The notes beneath the pieces are model-generated. The model was not told where the DNA came from. It searched no databases and saw only the letters and a list, made by a program, of their open reading frames with translations. The position numbers were made by a program, and so were the translations under genes. Positions 30,264-40,805 of a stretch of DNA of 59,431 bases are shown one piece after another. How positions within the stretch are numbered: position 1 is the first letter of the stretch; every line of letters starts with the position of its first letter. This stretch comes from a virus (taxonomy: Duplodnaviria > Caudoviricetes): positions 1 through 59,431 of IMG/VR virus record IMGVR_UViG_3300014962_000006; one strand, written 5' to 3'.

Positions 30264-30704
30264 TTATGCTACAGTTCCCGGTTTAATCATCCATTCCACA
30301 TAAAAGGTAACTTTGCCAGCGGTAGCTGGGTTGGTCGCGACGGCGATATTCAGCTCCGAAGCGGACGTTACTTTGATGCCTGTAGCAGAACCAGCAAGGG
30401 TTTGGCTATTTACGCCAGAAGAGGCAGTTAAATCAAGGGCACCGGTGAGTGCTGTTGAACCGGCTTTAAGCGTGATAGAAGTGGCGCCGGTGACTGCGGT
30501 TTCCTCGTCCGTCCACACGTTGGTGACAATAGCACCAGCAGGTAGTGACTGGCCAAAGAGGTAGGTGCCGACTGCGCCCCCGTCCTTGCTGAAGTCATAG
30601 GTACAAGCTGAGAGTTGTTTCGCGAACTGGAGTACAGCGGCTTCCCGTTTGTTGGTTCTACCTTCCGCGAGCGGGCCAGCATTTGTTCGTTTGTAAGATA
30701 ACAT
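30264..30704 (-). CDS. capsid decoration/cement-like protein
   Basis: Directly after the MCP; YDFSKDGG, LPAGAIV, AGKVTFYVE beta-sandwich pattern. Confidence 0.6.
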   Translation of the reverse strand: MLSYKRTNAGPLAEGRTNKREAAVLQFAKQLSACTYDFSKDGGAVGTYLFGQSLPAGAIVTNVWTDEETAVTGATSITLKAGSTALTGALDLTASSGVNSQTLAGSATGIKVTSASELNIAVATNPATAGKVTFYVEWMIKPGTVA

Positions 30705-30770
30705 AGTATTTTCTCCTTAGAGGGGGACAAAGGAGCGGCGATATGCCGCCCCTTCCCCGAGTTGTAAGTA

Positions 30771-32156
30771 TCAGGTATTAGTGAAGTTTCTTATCACCCC
30801 GACCGAAGCGGGATGTTTTGCAATAAGGACGCCAATCGACTGGAGGTAGCTGACCACGGTGTTGAGGTAGCCCGAGCTGGATGGTTTCAGATGGAAATCC
30901 GTCATGCCTTGAGCTTTGACAGTTTCGAAATCGGAACCATGGAACTCGAGGACTTTCTCGCCAGCTTTCGTTTCCGGGAGACAGTAGATGCGGGACTTGG
31001 GAACATACTCGGAAGTGTAACATTCCAAGGTGTCATTGCCGTGGACGTAAGCGAAGAACTTGATACCCCGCTTATTGTCTTCCACAGTTTGGAAGCGGCG
31101 GTCGGTCTCCCTTGATTCAATCAAGGAGGCATGCGTCTCAGGAGCCATACAGAGCATCTTCCAGCGGTAGCGGTCTTGACCGACTAACACTTTCACTTTA
31201 TCCATCATTTTTTGGATATGTTTCACGTCGATGGGGTTCCCACCAGCGTCAATCTTGGAACCGGAAGTGGCGCCGCTCATCGTGATACCGTGGACAAGAC
31301 GGCCGTCGCTGGCGACCAATGATTCCAAACCGGCCATAACTTCGCTCAACGTACCATAGTCTACACTGCTTGTGATAGCAGTAAGGTCAGGAATGGAGGG
31401 TTGACCATAGCGGTAGAACACGTCACCGGAAGTGGGCTGTACCGAGATAGAGGTCATACTAGCAACTGGAGAAAGGTTGCTGTCCAAACCTTGGAGGGTG
31501 ACAGTGTTATTGTCACGGTCTTTTTCGATAACTTTCCAGTAAGCTGGCTCAGTTGCGAGGTTGGTGTCGAGGGCTGAGCTTCCTGCGGAAGCCGACTTTA
31601 GCACCAAAAGGTCCCCAAACTCGAAGAAGCCAACATGGCCACGAGCGGTGTCAGAGGAGGAAAGCGTAAAGACGAGTTGGTTAGAAGCGGGGCTGGTAAC
31701 AGCGGCAGAAGAAACTTGGCCGATAACGCCAGTTCCGTCACCATAAAGGTCCGCAGCGATACGACGCTTGGCAGCAGAGGCTTTGCTGTCGATTTCGAGA
31801 GCTAGAGGTTCCGCATATTTCTCGGGAGATTTACGTGCCCTATCCCAAATGTTGTATTCGAGTTCGATAGTTGCGTTCAATTCTTTGAACTTGGCAATCT
31901 TTTCGCCGATGGTGACTTGTTGAGCGGCGGGGAAAGAACGGTCAGCAACGCCGGGGTTTCGGTACTGGATAGCACCAGCGCCGAGCGTCGTTTGGAACAT
32001 GAAGCGGAGTTCGCGAGCTACGGAGTTTCCTACTTTTGCCCTCTTCACCATCTCAAAGTCGCGGAAGTCAACCGAAATCTGGTTACGGACGCCGTCAGAA
32101 AAGACAATCTGCAGCAAATTACCTAAGTTTAATGCGTCAATATTACTAAAAGCCAT
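30771..32156 (-). CDS. major capsid protein
   Basis: 461 aa after the scaffold; AADLYGDGTG motif; strong codon bias. Confidence 0.85.
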   Translation of the reverse strand: MAFSNIDALNLGNLLQIVFSDGVRNQISVDFRDFEMVKRAKVGNSVARELRFMFQTTLGAGAIQYRNPGVADRSFPAAQQVTIGEKIAKFKELNATIELEYNIWDRARKSPEKYAEPLALEIDSKASAAKRRIAADLYGDGTGVIGQVSSAAVTSPASNQLVFTLSSSDTARGHVGFFEFGDLLVLKSASAGSSALDTNLATEPAYWKVIEKDRDNNTVTLQGLDSNLSPVASMTSISVQPTSGDVFYRYGQPSIPDLTAITSSVDYGTLSEVMAGLESLVASDGRLVHGITMSGATSGSKIDAGGNPIDVKHIQKMMDKVKVLVGQDRYRWKMLCMAPETHASLIESRETDRRFQTVEDNKRGIKFFAYVHGNDTLECYTSEYVPKSRIYCLPETKAGEKVLEFHGSDFETVKAQGMTDFHLKPSSSGYLNTVVSYLQSIGVLIAKHPASVGVIRNFTNT

Positions 32157-32219
32157 GATAAAAATTCCTATTCGTAATTAAGTTTTGCCCTATTTGGGAC
32201 GTTAGTTGTGGCCAGTGGA

Positions 32220-33341
32220 TTATCTTTTACCAAACACTGAGCCGTATTTATTCCAATTTTTGAGTAACCCTGTTAGGTTACCATTCCTTAACATATCTGA
32301 AGCTTCTTTTTGTAGGTTGGAATTACGGTAGCCAGAAGAGACAGCGGCTTGGACATTTTCGGTAGCTTCCTGTTTCTTCTGCTCAACAGCCTTTGCTGCC
32401 TTTTTCTCAGCTTGGACGTTAATCCTTTTTCTGAGTGCGGTAGCTACTGTCTTAAATTCCTTTTCTACTAAATCAGCAGTAATTGGGAGACCTTTCTCCT
32501 CATACGGTTCTAGTCTCTTTAGTGCACTGTTCCAAAGCATTTCGTCAAACATTTGCTCAGTATCAGCATCGCCGAGTTTATCGGCAAAGCGGTACCTATC
32601 AAATGCGGGATGGACCGTACTTTCGAGAGACTTCAGCTCTGCTGCTTCCCTCTCAGCTTGGATGCTTTTCTTGAACTCTTCGTTTTCCTTGCGAATCTTT
32701 TCGACTTCGCGTTGGCGGAAGCTTTCCTTTTCCTTCGCTTCGAAGAGTTCCCGTTCAGCTGGACTAGCTTTTCTCAAGAAGTCTGCACGTTCCATTCTGG
32801 ATTTTTCCCAGTCTTGGAAAGCTCCTGGACGACCTTCAAGCAAATCAATCAGTCCCTCGACTCCACCATTTTGGTAGGCTTGCTCTAGTGTATCCCAGTT
32901 ACTTCTCAATGTAGAATATTGTGCTTCTACTTCTTTCGATTTGGAGATGGCTTGGTCGCGTTCCGCCTGCCACTTCCTGGCACCGTGGGCCATTTGGACA
33001 AACTTCTTCAGTTGGTCCTTGTTATTGAAATCGACTTCGATTCGTCGCTTACCCTTGTCATCCGTTACTGTGACGTACTCTTTCCCAGCCGGTGCAGTAG
33101 ACTTTGCAGTGGGTTCTGCGGACCCAGTCTCCTGGTCGGTGGAGGTGTCGTCAGAGAGGTTGGCATCCGGTAAAGATGACTCGACTTCTGATTCCCCGCT
33201 AGTCACGATATCTTCATGGTCATCGCCGATGTAACGGACGTTGTCCACGGAAGATGAGGGGGTGACTGCCCCTTCTGCTGCTGGTGCGGCTGCTGCTCTG
33301 GCTTGTTGCGCTGCTTGGAGGATTGCTGTTGCTGTACTCAT
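32220..33341 (-). CDS. capsid scaffolding protein
   Basis: Acidic disordered N-terminus plus coiled coil, between portal and MCP. Confidence 0.7.
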   Translation of the reverse strand: MSTATAILQAAQQARAAAAPAAEGAVTPSSSVDNVRYIGDDHEDIVTSGESEVESSLPDANLSDDTSTDQETGSAEPTAKSTAPAGKEYVTVTDDKGKRRIEVDFNNKDQLKKFVQMAHGARKWQAERDQAISKSKEVEAQYSTLRSNWDTLEQAYQNGGVEGLIDLLEGRPGAFQDWEKSRMERADFLRKASPAERELFEAKEKESFRQREVEKIRKENEEFKKSIQAEREAAELKSLESTVHPAFDRYRFADKLGDADTEQMFDEMLWNSALKRLEPYEEKGLPITADLVEKEFKTVATALRKRINVQAEKKAAKAVEQKKQEATENVQAAVSSGYRNSNLQKEASDMLRNGNLTGLLKNWNKYGSVFGKR

Positions 33342-33400
33342 GACACTAGTTCCTTTCTGTCCCGCCCGAGGGTAGGGATGAGATGGTGGTTAATGTCTTG

Positions 33401-33429
33401 ATACTAGGTAATATTGTCATTTATGTCAA
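33401..33429 (-). promoter_or_regulatory. sigma70 promoter
   Basis: TTGACA-N17-TAGTAT upstream of scaffold/MCP. Confidence 0.7.
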
Positions 33430-33444
33430 TCTTTTTTTGTAACG

Positions 33445-33837
33445 CTAAGGAATGAAGACTCTATTGCCAGAGGAGGGTCGTCTGGTTTGGAGATGTATCC
33501 ACCTTTTAGCTGGCGGTTCGTGGGTATAAAGGGGGGATTCCATATAGAGTCCTGCTTCTTCCAATAACTTTAAGTTGGCTAGACACCACTTTCCGAATTC
33601 CCCATCAGGGTCGTGGAAATCCACCGCTTCACAAGTCATGTGGGCTGACTTCTTGGCGCCCCGAGCCGATTTATTGAAGTGGCCCGGCCGGTAACCGCTT
33701 GTAACAACTAGTGGTTTCCCCCACTCTTTTCTAATCTTGTTGACCGCGTCGAGTAATCGGGTCAGATTCAGCTCAAGTTCACTATCGAGGGGGTAGTCCC
33801 TATCCCGTCCCTTCAAGATTTCGTCTCTTGATATCAT
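33445..33837 (-). CDS. Peptidase M15 family Zn peptidoglycan peptidase (endolysin candidate)
   Basis: VTSGYR...SAH....AVD...WIHLQ. Confidence 0.9.
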   Translation of the reverse strand: MISRDEILKGRDRDYPLDSELELNLTRLLDAVNKIRKEWGKPLVVTSGYRPGHFNKSARGAKKSAHMTCEAVDFHDPDGEFGKWCLANLKLLEEAGLYMESPLYTHEPPAKRWIHLQTRRPSSGNRVFIP

Positions 33838-33838
33838 G

Positions 33839-35872
33839 CTATGCGTTCTCCATCGGGGGCACTAATGGGGGTTGGCCGGGCTCGGGCTGTGGTATGGCGG
33901 AGGGCGGCACGCCCGGAGTGGGACCCGGAGTTGCTCCGGCTGGCGGCATGGTAAGGGCGGCCTTTTCCTGAGCAGCTAGTTGAATTCTGTCCCTAATGTG
34001 CTGCTTACAGAGTTCCTTTAACTGGAGCTCGAGTGATTGGAATTCTTGCGTCATGAAATATTCCAATGCCCAAGATATCATATTCTCGTGGTCGAGTAAG
34101 TCTTCGGGTGGGATATAACGGCCAGTTGCTATCATTTCATCAAAAACTTCCCGTTGACGATTTTCGGCGAGGGCCAATCTATCATACATCCCCTCAAGTT
34201 CATTGAGCTTTAGTAACTTTAACGAAGTACGGGTAGGAACACCGGCCTTCTCGAAGAGGGGTTGGAGGGTTAGTATCTCTTCGCGGCGGCTCATCGGGTC
34301 TAGGGAAAGTGATACCCCATACTCCCCGACTACGTCATATCCGCCATCAATATCAGCACCTTTGAGGTCAACAGCTTCTAAGGCATTTTCCTTACCGAGC
34401 ACATAAATTGTCCTATTAACTGGCCAATGTTTACATACAAGTTTTAGGATAGCTTTATATATTGATTCGACTACTAGGACGTACTTATTAAATATCCTCC
34501 TCCTAATCATATTGCCTTGATTAGTGGCGTAGTTCATTGATGTCCCTGAAGTTTCCCTCTTCTGTACCCCGAACATCGCGTCATTCACGCCCATCACGTC
34601 ATTGATGCCTTGAATCAAGTTCACCCGGGTAGCGGTCATTTCAGGCATCAACTGCGGCACTTCCATATAGTAGGGGGGCTGGTTGCCGCTAATCTTCATC
34701 ACGTCCCAGGGGCTATTGCTGATATTGACTTGGGCTTCGGCTGATTCTGGCAGTATCATCCTCGCCACGCCATGAGCTTGAATATTGTCCATGACGGCGG
34801 TATCTAACCGAGCCAGGCTATCCTGCAACTGAGATGCATATTCGACCGCACTCCTGCCCCACACGATGTTAGGGACATCAATATCGGTAAGGAGGTGGTA
34901 TGGCAGGGTAGCCTGCTCGGGAGTCTTCTTTAGTTTCTCTTCAACAACATCATCAGGTAGTCCACTATCTTGCATCCGGCGAGCTGCACCGGGCTGCCTA
35001 AACTTAAAGGGACTTGGTCTACAACTTTCAACCACGCCTCCCCCTGTAGTAAGTAAACAAAACCGACCAAGGTAACCATTTGTGGGGAGACCAGTTTCCC
35101 AAAACTCAATTAATTCTACGGAATTGAATCTATCGTGGGACAGGTTACTTTGTCTAGTGGCGGCGTGTTGGACGGAGCTGTCGCGGGTAACGCGGGCTGC
35201 CTTAAGGACTTCCTCTTTATCTGGCCAGCGAGCTAATGCCTCATCATAGTCTATATAAATCCGTTCAATAATCCACTTAACGTCTTTCCATGTCCTGGCA
35301 TCGGGGTCAACAAAGATATTCCAAGTAAAGGGAACGGATATGTTGATATCCCCTTCCAACTTTACTGTTCCATCCTTCTCATTCCACTCAACAATATCAC
35401 CCTTGCCGCTATCCCAAATTGTCTTAATAATTCCGGTACCGTAGAGGAGGGCGTGGAGTGAGAGCTGGTCAATTTTTTCTTGCATGTCATAATGACGGAT
35501 GGCCCACCGGACAACCCTGTCCGCAGCATCAGCCCGGCGGTGGTCATCTTGGTCAGAGGAAGTGGGACGCATGACAACAGATGGGGGGTTGGCACTCATT
35601 TGGGCGTGGAGGAACCGGAGATTTTTGAATGTGTATGCGGCGTTGAGGTCCGCACCGGACTGGTCAATTCCAGGCATGGCGCTATTGTAAGACGCTTCGA
35701 GGGAAGTCGTCATAAAGTTCATGGAGGCGAGAGTTGACGTGGCGTATACCGCCTGTTCATTTTTGAGCCACCGCTGCTCGAAGGGCTGCCTTTGCGCCTG
35801 AGAGTCCCGGTACCGTTTCATGATATTACTGGAGGCTAATTCATCATTCCAAGCTGTTACTTTGATAGACAT
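33839..35872 (-). CDS. portal protein (P22-like)
   Basis: 677 aa; ALLYGTGIIKTIWD, IFVDPDA, WGRS, ETSG motifs; Pro-rich C-terminus. Confidence 0.85.
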   Translation of the reverse strand: MSIKVTAWNDELASSNIMKRYRDSQAQRQPFEQRWLKNEQAVYATSTLASMNFMTTSLEASYNSAMPGIDQSGADLNAAYTFKNLRFLHAQMSANPPSVVMRPTSSDQDDHRRADAADRVVRWAIRHYDMQEKIDQLSLHALLYGTGIIKTIWDSGKGDIVEWNEKDGTVKLEGDINISVPFTWNIFVDPDARTWKDVKWIIERIYIDYDEALARWPDKEEVLKAARVTRDSSVQHAATRQSNLSHDRFNSVELIEFWETGLPTNGYLGRFCLLTTGGGVVESCRPSPFKFRQPGAARRMQDSGLPDDVVEEKLKKTPEQATLPYHLLTDIDVPNIVWGRSAVEYASQLQDSLARLDTAVMDNIQAHGVARMILPESAEAQVNISNSPWDVMKISGNQPPYYMEVPQLMPEMTATRVNLIQGINDVMGVNDAMFGVQKRETSGTSMNYATNQGNMIRRRIFNKYVLVVESIYKAILKLVCKHWPVNRTIYVLGKENALEAVDLKGADIDGGYDVVGEYGVSLSLDPMSRREEILTLQPLFEKAGVPTRTSLKLLKLNELEGMYDRLALAENRQREVFDEMIATGRYIPPEDLLDHENMISWALEYFMTQEFQSLELQLKELCKQHIRDRIQLAAQEKAALTMPPAGATPGPTPGVPPSAIPQPEPGQPPLVPPMENA

Positions 35873-35881
35873 TCTAACCTC

Positions 35882-36151
35882 TTAAAAATAATAACCAAAA
35901 CGTCGAAGGGTAGGTTCAATCATATCGAGGAGATTTTTGACTCGGGGGCTACTCTTCTTTTTGAGGAGGGCAGTCTTTAGCCTCTTCAACAATAAGAAGT
36001 CTACCTGAGTACCGGTACCGTCGTCAATCCTTTGAATGCAGGCTCGGACTTGGTCTTCTAAATTGGGTTGGGACTGGGTCCCTTTTGCCCCACCCACGGA
36101 TGGCATCTGGAGCTGGATTGAAATACCTATTTTACTGGAACCGTCGTGCAT
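35882..36151 (-). CDS. hypothetical protein
   Basis: ORF between TerL and portal; SD GGAGG. Confidence 0.55.
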   Translation of the reverse strand: MHDGSSKIGISIQLQMPSVGGAKGTQSQPNLEDQVRACIQRIDDGTGTQVDFLLLKRLKTALLKKKSSPRVKNLLDMIEPTLRRFGYYF

Positions 36152-37589
36152 GATTGCCTCCCCGACGCTGGATAGCCCGTCTCTGTAATTCTACTTTAGC
36201 CTTCTCAATGTTGGCTTTTCTTTTTTCGTTTTCATTGTATAGCCACGAGTGCCAGTTGGTATTAGTCTGAGGTGCGGCTTCCGCTTTCGGTTTAACATCT
36301 TGAAAATATTGAGCAGAATCAAGGAGGTGATAATCACTCCCAGAAGCAATCTTACCATCACGAGTATCACTCCATCTAGCGGATGTTATTTCTTCTATCA
36401 GTGCCTCGGCAGTGGGGGCAATTTTGAGTTGCCTACCAAGTCCCTCTTGGAAGTTTTTTATTAGTTCCGCTTTTCTGTCATTCTTTTTGTAGACACCGGT
36501 GTAAATTATTCCCATTGAGGAGGCAGTATGAATATACCAACTTTCATGGGGGTCCGATATCCTGCGCACGATATTGTAGTTTTGACTAAGTTTTTGGACA
36601 GTGGCAACTAACTCAGTGGGAACATAGATGCCCTTGATGTACTCGGCCTTGATGCAGTACCATATCCCTGTTTGGGGATTCTCAGCCCAGAGGGTATAGC
36701 CAAGGGCGGATTTGATAGCGGGGTCCACACTTTCAACATGTCTCCAAAGGGGGGAATACCCTTGCGGAATTTCCACCATGGTGCTGTAATCAAAATGGAA
36801 GACCGCGTTATCGTCACTCATCCACTCGCCGTAGAGACGGCTATTCCTAACATGCTCGGGGAGGTGGGACAAAGATGAGAGGATTTCGTTTTGTCGTTGG
36901 GGGTCCCTGTAGAGGGGGTTATCTAACATCCGAAACCGGTAGGTTTTAGCTAGTGGTGCCTGCAAATTATCAACAAAGCGCTGAACTTGGACATTCCTTA
37001 CTAAAGGAGTAAAGCTTGCCAAAAAGTAACCATTCCTAGCTTGAACGCGGCGTAAGAGTTCGTCCATCACGTCAACAGTGGGGGGTAACTCATCAATCCA
37101 AGCGATATGGGCTACGTAGGATTGGATACGTTCCCTAGCCATATTGGGGTTCTCTAGTGATTGGAAGACAATACGATTCCCGTTATCAAGTTCCAGGCGT
37201 TGGATGATGTTCCCGATTCGGACTTCTTTGTAAGTTCCCGGCTCGAGGTAGCTCCTTATTTTCGGTAGGAGGGATTCCTCGATTTGCTTACCGGTACGGC
37301 CAGCCACAATGGCAAGTAATGGCTCATTACCCCACAAGGCTGGCTTCTTCCACTTGGGGTGGGTATTAGTTAGCACCCAAGTTAGTAGTCTGGAGCAAGT
37401 CTGCGATTTTCCTGACTGGGTACCAGCCCTAATCAATTGGATATGAGTAGAGCCAAAGTCGTCAATGACTTGCTGCTGGGTAGGGGTAGGGGTACTGTCA
37501 GGACTGGCCGGGTCAAAACACTCCTGCCGACGGAGCTTTTCTAGCTTCTCCATCGCAGCAAGTAGTAATTTGTCGGTCTTTTGCTTCAT
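36132..37589 (-). CDS. terL: terminase large subunit
   Basis: Walker A AGTQSGKS, Walker B AWIDE, FTP motif, RLYGEW, nuclease SVDPA and DYHLLDSAQY. Confidence 0.9.
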   Translation of the reverse strand: MKQKTDKLLLAAMEKLEKLRRQECFDPASPDSTPTPTQQQVIDDFGSTHIQLIRAGTQSGKSQTCSRLLTWVLTNTHPKWKKPALWGNEPLLAIVAGRTGKQIEESLLPKIRSYLEPGTYKEVRIGNIIQRLELDNGNRIVFQSLENPNMARERIQSYVAHIAWIDELPPTVDVMDELLRRVQARNGYFLASFTPLVRNVQVQRFVDNLQAPLAKTYRFRMLDNPLYRDPQRQNEILSSLSHLPEHVRNSRLYGEWMSDDNAVFHFDYSTMVEIPQGYSPLWRHVESVDPAIKSALGYTLWAENPQTGIWYCIKAEYIKGIYVPTELVATVQKLSQNYNIVRRISDPHESWYIHTASSMGIIYTGVYKKNDRKAELIKNFQEGLGRQLKIAPTAEALIEEITSARWSDTRDGKIASGSDYHLLDSAQYFQDVKPKAEAAPQTNTNWHSWLYNENEKRKANIEKAKVELQRRAIQRRGGNHARRFQ

Positions 37590-37637
37590 GTACCTACCGA
37601 AGGGAACCGCACTCGCGTCAGCTAGTGGGGGAGAAAA

Positions 37638-38018
37638 TCACTCCTCCATCAAGGTTTGGACACTAGATACCGTAACCGAGGAAGCGCCGTTCGTAGTAAC
37701 AACTATTTCCCCAAGGGAAAGGAGGGGTAAAATACCCGCAGTAGTGTCCACGTCACTGTTTACTTTGATATAAAAGTTACCAGCCCCGGTCAATGCTACC
37801 GTTTTTCCGGTCGCGTTAACTGGGGTACCGCTGCCCATACTGGAGCGGAGTTGGGCAGTGACGGTACCAGCAGCAGCGCTGACCGTAATTAGCACAACCA
37901 TGTTCTTGCTACCCCCGGCCGTGATGGGGAATTTTTTACTGATGGGGACATCCGCTTGGGAAGCACCGATGGCAGAAAGTCCCGGTAATGTTACTGTGTT
38001 AGGTATCCAAGCGTTCAT
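37638..38018 (-). CDS. small beta-rich virion protein
   Basis: Thr/Ser/Gly-rich; SD GAGG. Confidence 0.55.
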   Translation of the reverse strand: MNAWIPNTVTLPGLSAIGASQADVPISKKFPITAGGSKNMVVLITVSAAAGTVTAQLRSSMGSGTPVNATGKTVALTGAGNFYIKVNSDVDTTAGILPLLSLGEIVVTTNGASSVTVSSVQTLMEE

Positions 38019-38055
38019 GTAAGTACCTCGTAAGGGGATTTACCCAGTCCCTAGT

Positions 38056-38085
38056 AAGATACCATAATGACGATTCTTTTGTAAA
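38056..38085 (-). promoter_or_regulatory. sigma70-like promoter
   Basis: TTTACA-N18-TATCTT with extended TG, just after a terminator. Confidence 0.5.
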
Positions 38086-38090
38086 GCCCT

Positions 38091-38120
38091 AAAAAGAAAG
38101 GGCCCCCCTAAAGGAGCCCC
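38091..38120 (-). terminator. intrinsic terminator
   Basis: GGGCTCC-TTTA-GGGGGCCC hairpin followed by TTTCTTTTT. Confidence 0.7.
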
Positions 38121-38147
38121 CGGAACATCAGCTATCTTATTTCAAGA

Positions 38148-39980
38148 TTAAGCTGGTTGGTCCCCGTTTTTGTACATGTAGCCGCAACGGAAGAGGTCTC
38201 CAGCTTCTGGTCCCTCTTCGCTGGACATGAAAGACTCAGAGAAAGTGACTCGTGTTTTACCACTTACAGTGGACAAGCTATAGTCATCAGTCTCGTGGCA
38301 AGCCAGGCGGTCGATGAAGACGTGGGTAGAAGAACCAAGTACCACATGGTCCAAGTCAACGTAACCGTTAGAGATGTCTGTAGAAGAAAGGGTTTTTCTT
38401 ACTTTAGCGTGGCGGGGAAGTTCGGCAGCCCGAGTCGAAGACTCGAGTGCGTCAGCCGCTTCGCGAGCAGATTGTTCTGCCGAGTCAGCAGCAATACGAG
38501 CAGATTCTTCAGCGTCGATGTTGTCTTGGAGGGTGTTGTCAGCAGAGCTTCGTGCGTTAGCTTCAGCGGTATCAGCAGCTTGGCGAGCAGAGGCTTCATT
38601 GCCAATGCTGGTCATGATATTGGTAGCAAAGTTGGCGTCGTCACCAATTGCGTCAGCCAATTCTTTCAAGGTATCCAAAATGGCTGGGGCACCGTTAACT
38701 AAAGCAGCAACTTGGCTGTCGGTGTAAGCTTGAGCATCATCAAAGCCTTGAGTCATTGCTGCATCAAGGTCAGAGATGCTTTGCTCGAGGTTAGAAACTG
38801 CGGTTTCCCGGGCGTTTACTTCAGCAACAATAGCTGCGTCAAGTTTGCTATCAGCATCTTTGAGGCTGACAGAAGAACCGAGGTATTGGCTACCAACGGG
38901 AGCGGAGTAGGAACCATCTACACCAAGACCGGCACCGGACTGGGTAGCGTCCAACTCAGATTGGATACCGCTATCAGCAGCCATTCGAGCAGCTTCTTCA
39001 CCGGAAACAGCGGCCTGTCTGTCAGATACTTCTTGGTCAATAGCAGCTTGAAGGTCGGCATCGGCAGATTCACGTGCTGATTGCTCAGCAGAAACAGCTG
39101 CTTCTCGGTCAGATGCTTCTTGGTCAACTCGACCATTTAGGTCCGTGTCAGCTTCTTGACGAGCTTGTGCTTCACTGTCAATGGCAGCAGAAAGCAGTCC
39201 TTCCACTTCACCAGCACGAGCAATTTCACTATCCAAATTAGCTGCTAATTCATCAATAGCGGTTTGTCTGTCGCTGACTTCTTGAGCAAGGGCAGCGTCA
39301 TTGCTGAGGACGTAAGAAGCAAAAGCAGAATCATTTTCCGTATCAACGCTGTTGATAAGGTTAACGATTTCAGCAAAGCTATCCTTGTCGGCATCCGAGG
39401 CCAAGAGGATAGCGTCGATACGGGCTTTTTCCGTATCAATGTTACTTTGGAGAGTGGTATCAGCAGCTTGACGCGCCGCAATTTCATCTTGGAGAGCGGT
39501 AGCGGAGCTAGCATTGAGTGCGTCAACAGCGGCCTGAAGGCCGGCTTCCACACCTTCAGCGCGGGATTGTTCAGCGTCAATTGCAGTTTGAAGTTCTGAC
39601 TCAGCAGTGGTTGCTCTTTCAATTTCTGAGTCAAGGGCACTTTGAAGTGCTTCTTCAGCGGCTTCCGCACGAGATTGTTCAGCTGCAACAGCAGCTTCCC
39701 TAGCAGCTTGCTCAGCTGCGTCAGCTTGGACGCGAGCAGCAGCTTCTGCTAGTACTTGTGCATCAACGTAGCTTTTCCGTGACAGGTCGTTACCTGCGAC
39801 GGGGTCGGAGCCATGACGAGGCATTTGGAGGAATTGGAAGATGTTGCTATTGTCGAGCTTAAAGAGCTCCACATCAACACCCGACGATGATTTGGCGCGG
39901 AATGATTCGTTGTTGGAGAACTGAACTTTTGCTCCATCAACTGCATTGCTCGCCAGGAATTTCTTCTTAATCTGGGCCAT
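38148..39980 (-). CDS. coiled-coil fibre-like virion protein
   Basis: Many E..AR.AAD / LQ.AID.E repeats; APAILDTLKELADAIGDDANFAT motif typical of fibre proteins. Confidence 0.7.
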   Translation of the reverse strand: MAQIKKKFLASNAVDGAKVQFSNNESFRAKSSSGVDVELFKLDNSNIFQFLQMPRHGSDPVAGNDLSRKSYVDAQVLAEAAARVQADAAEQAAREAAVAAEQSRAEAAEEALQSALDSEIERATTAESELQTAIDAEQSRAEGVEAGLQAAVDALNASSATALQDEIAARQAADTTLQSNIDTEKARIDAILLASDADKDSFAEIVNLINSVDTENDSAFASYVLSNDAALAQEVSDRQTAIDELAANLDSEIARAGEVEGLLSAAIDSEAQARQEADTDLNGRVDQEASDREAAVSAEQSARESADADLQAAIDQEVSDRQAAVSGEEAARMAADSGIQSELDATQSGAGLGVDGSYSAPVGSQYLGSSVSLKDADSKLDAAIVAEVNARETAVSNLEQSISDLDAAMTQGFDDAQAYTDSQVAALVNGAPAILDTLKELADAIGDDANFATNIMTSIGNEASARQAADTAEANARSSADNTLQDNIDAEESARIAADSAEQSAREAADALESSTRAAELPRHAKVRKTLSSTDISNGYVDLDHVVLGSSTHVFIDRLACHETDDYSLSTVSGKTRVTFSESFMSSEEGPEAGDLFRCGYMYKNGDQPA

Positions 39981-40003
39981 AAATTTTCCTTTGGGGAAAG
40001 AAG

Positions 40004-40381
40004 TTAATAAAAGTAGTTTACTTGAATAATATCCCCAATCTCAAGTAAACCATCCAAACCATATCCATCCCAAGAGAGGGTTAGACCATCTACAATGAAG
40101 TCTTCATTGATGAATTGGGCAGGGCCGCCATGGGGGAGGATAGTCACATTATACCCTAAATGGGGGGCATGTGTCAAGTTGGCCGCTTTTGCTGATAGTA
40201 TGGCTGCAGTAATTGTAATACTTTGTATTTGGGGGCGGGGTAAATCGGATTGAAAATAGGAACGGAGGTTGGCCATCGAGGCCTTTCTTGTGGAAAGGGT
40301 AGAAATATCAACTACAACAGCAAGGTCATCGCTAGTTACTTCTGATAAATCATCTAGTTCACTAATCTTTTTGTTGGCCAT
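40004..40381 (-). CDS. virion structural protein
   Basis: MANKKISEL...DDLAVVVD N-terminus. Confidence 0.6.
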   Translation of the reverse strand: MANKKISELDDLSEVTSDDLAVVVDISTLSTRKASMANLRSYFQSDLPRPQIQSITITAAILSAKAANLTHAPHLGYNVTILPHGGPAQFINEDFIVDGLTLSWDGYGLDGLLEIGDIIQVNYFY

Positions 40382-40416
40382 TGTACGCTCCCTTCAGTCG
40401 CTTCTATTGGGTACAA

Positions 40417-40803
40417 TTATAATCCCAAGTAATCGCCTGTTTCAAGTAGTAAAAAGCCACTACTATCAGCAACGCCTGCAGGACCCCAATACGTTAACTC
40501 GACATCGATGCCAACATCGTTCTCCCAACAGAAAGTAACTTGCTTGGTATTGACACTCCCTGAGGAGTAGGTATTGGTAGTGAAATACCCCGCTGCGTTA
40601 AGGGCGGAATAGAAACGGACTTCTTGTCCTAACTGCCTAACGCGGAAGGTGATATTAGTTGAGCCGTCCGGAAAGGTGTACGATACCCTGGTGCTGGGAT
40701 TGACGCGGAGAGCGGTGACCACGATGTTGTAGGCAGGGGCAACTGCGGTGTTGGTAATTTCAACAATACTGCCGGAAGACCCGGAGGGGGTAACAGCTGC
40801 CAT
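40417..40803 (-). CDS. virion structural protein
   Basis: Beta-rich; C-terminal LLLETGDYL. Confidence 0.55.
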   Translation of the reverse strand: MAAVTPSGSSGSIVEITNTAVAPAYNIVVTALRVNPSTRVSYTFPDGSTNITFRVRQLGQEVRFYSALNAAGYFTTNTYSSGSVNTKQVTFCWENDVGIDVELTYWGPAGVADSSGFLLLETGDYLGL

Positions 40804-40805
40804 TC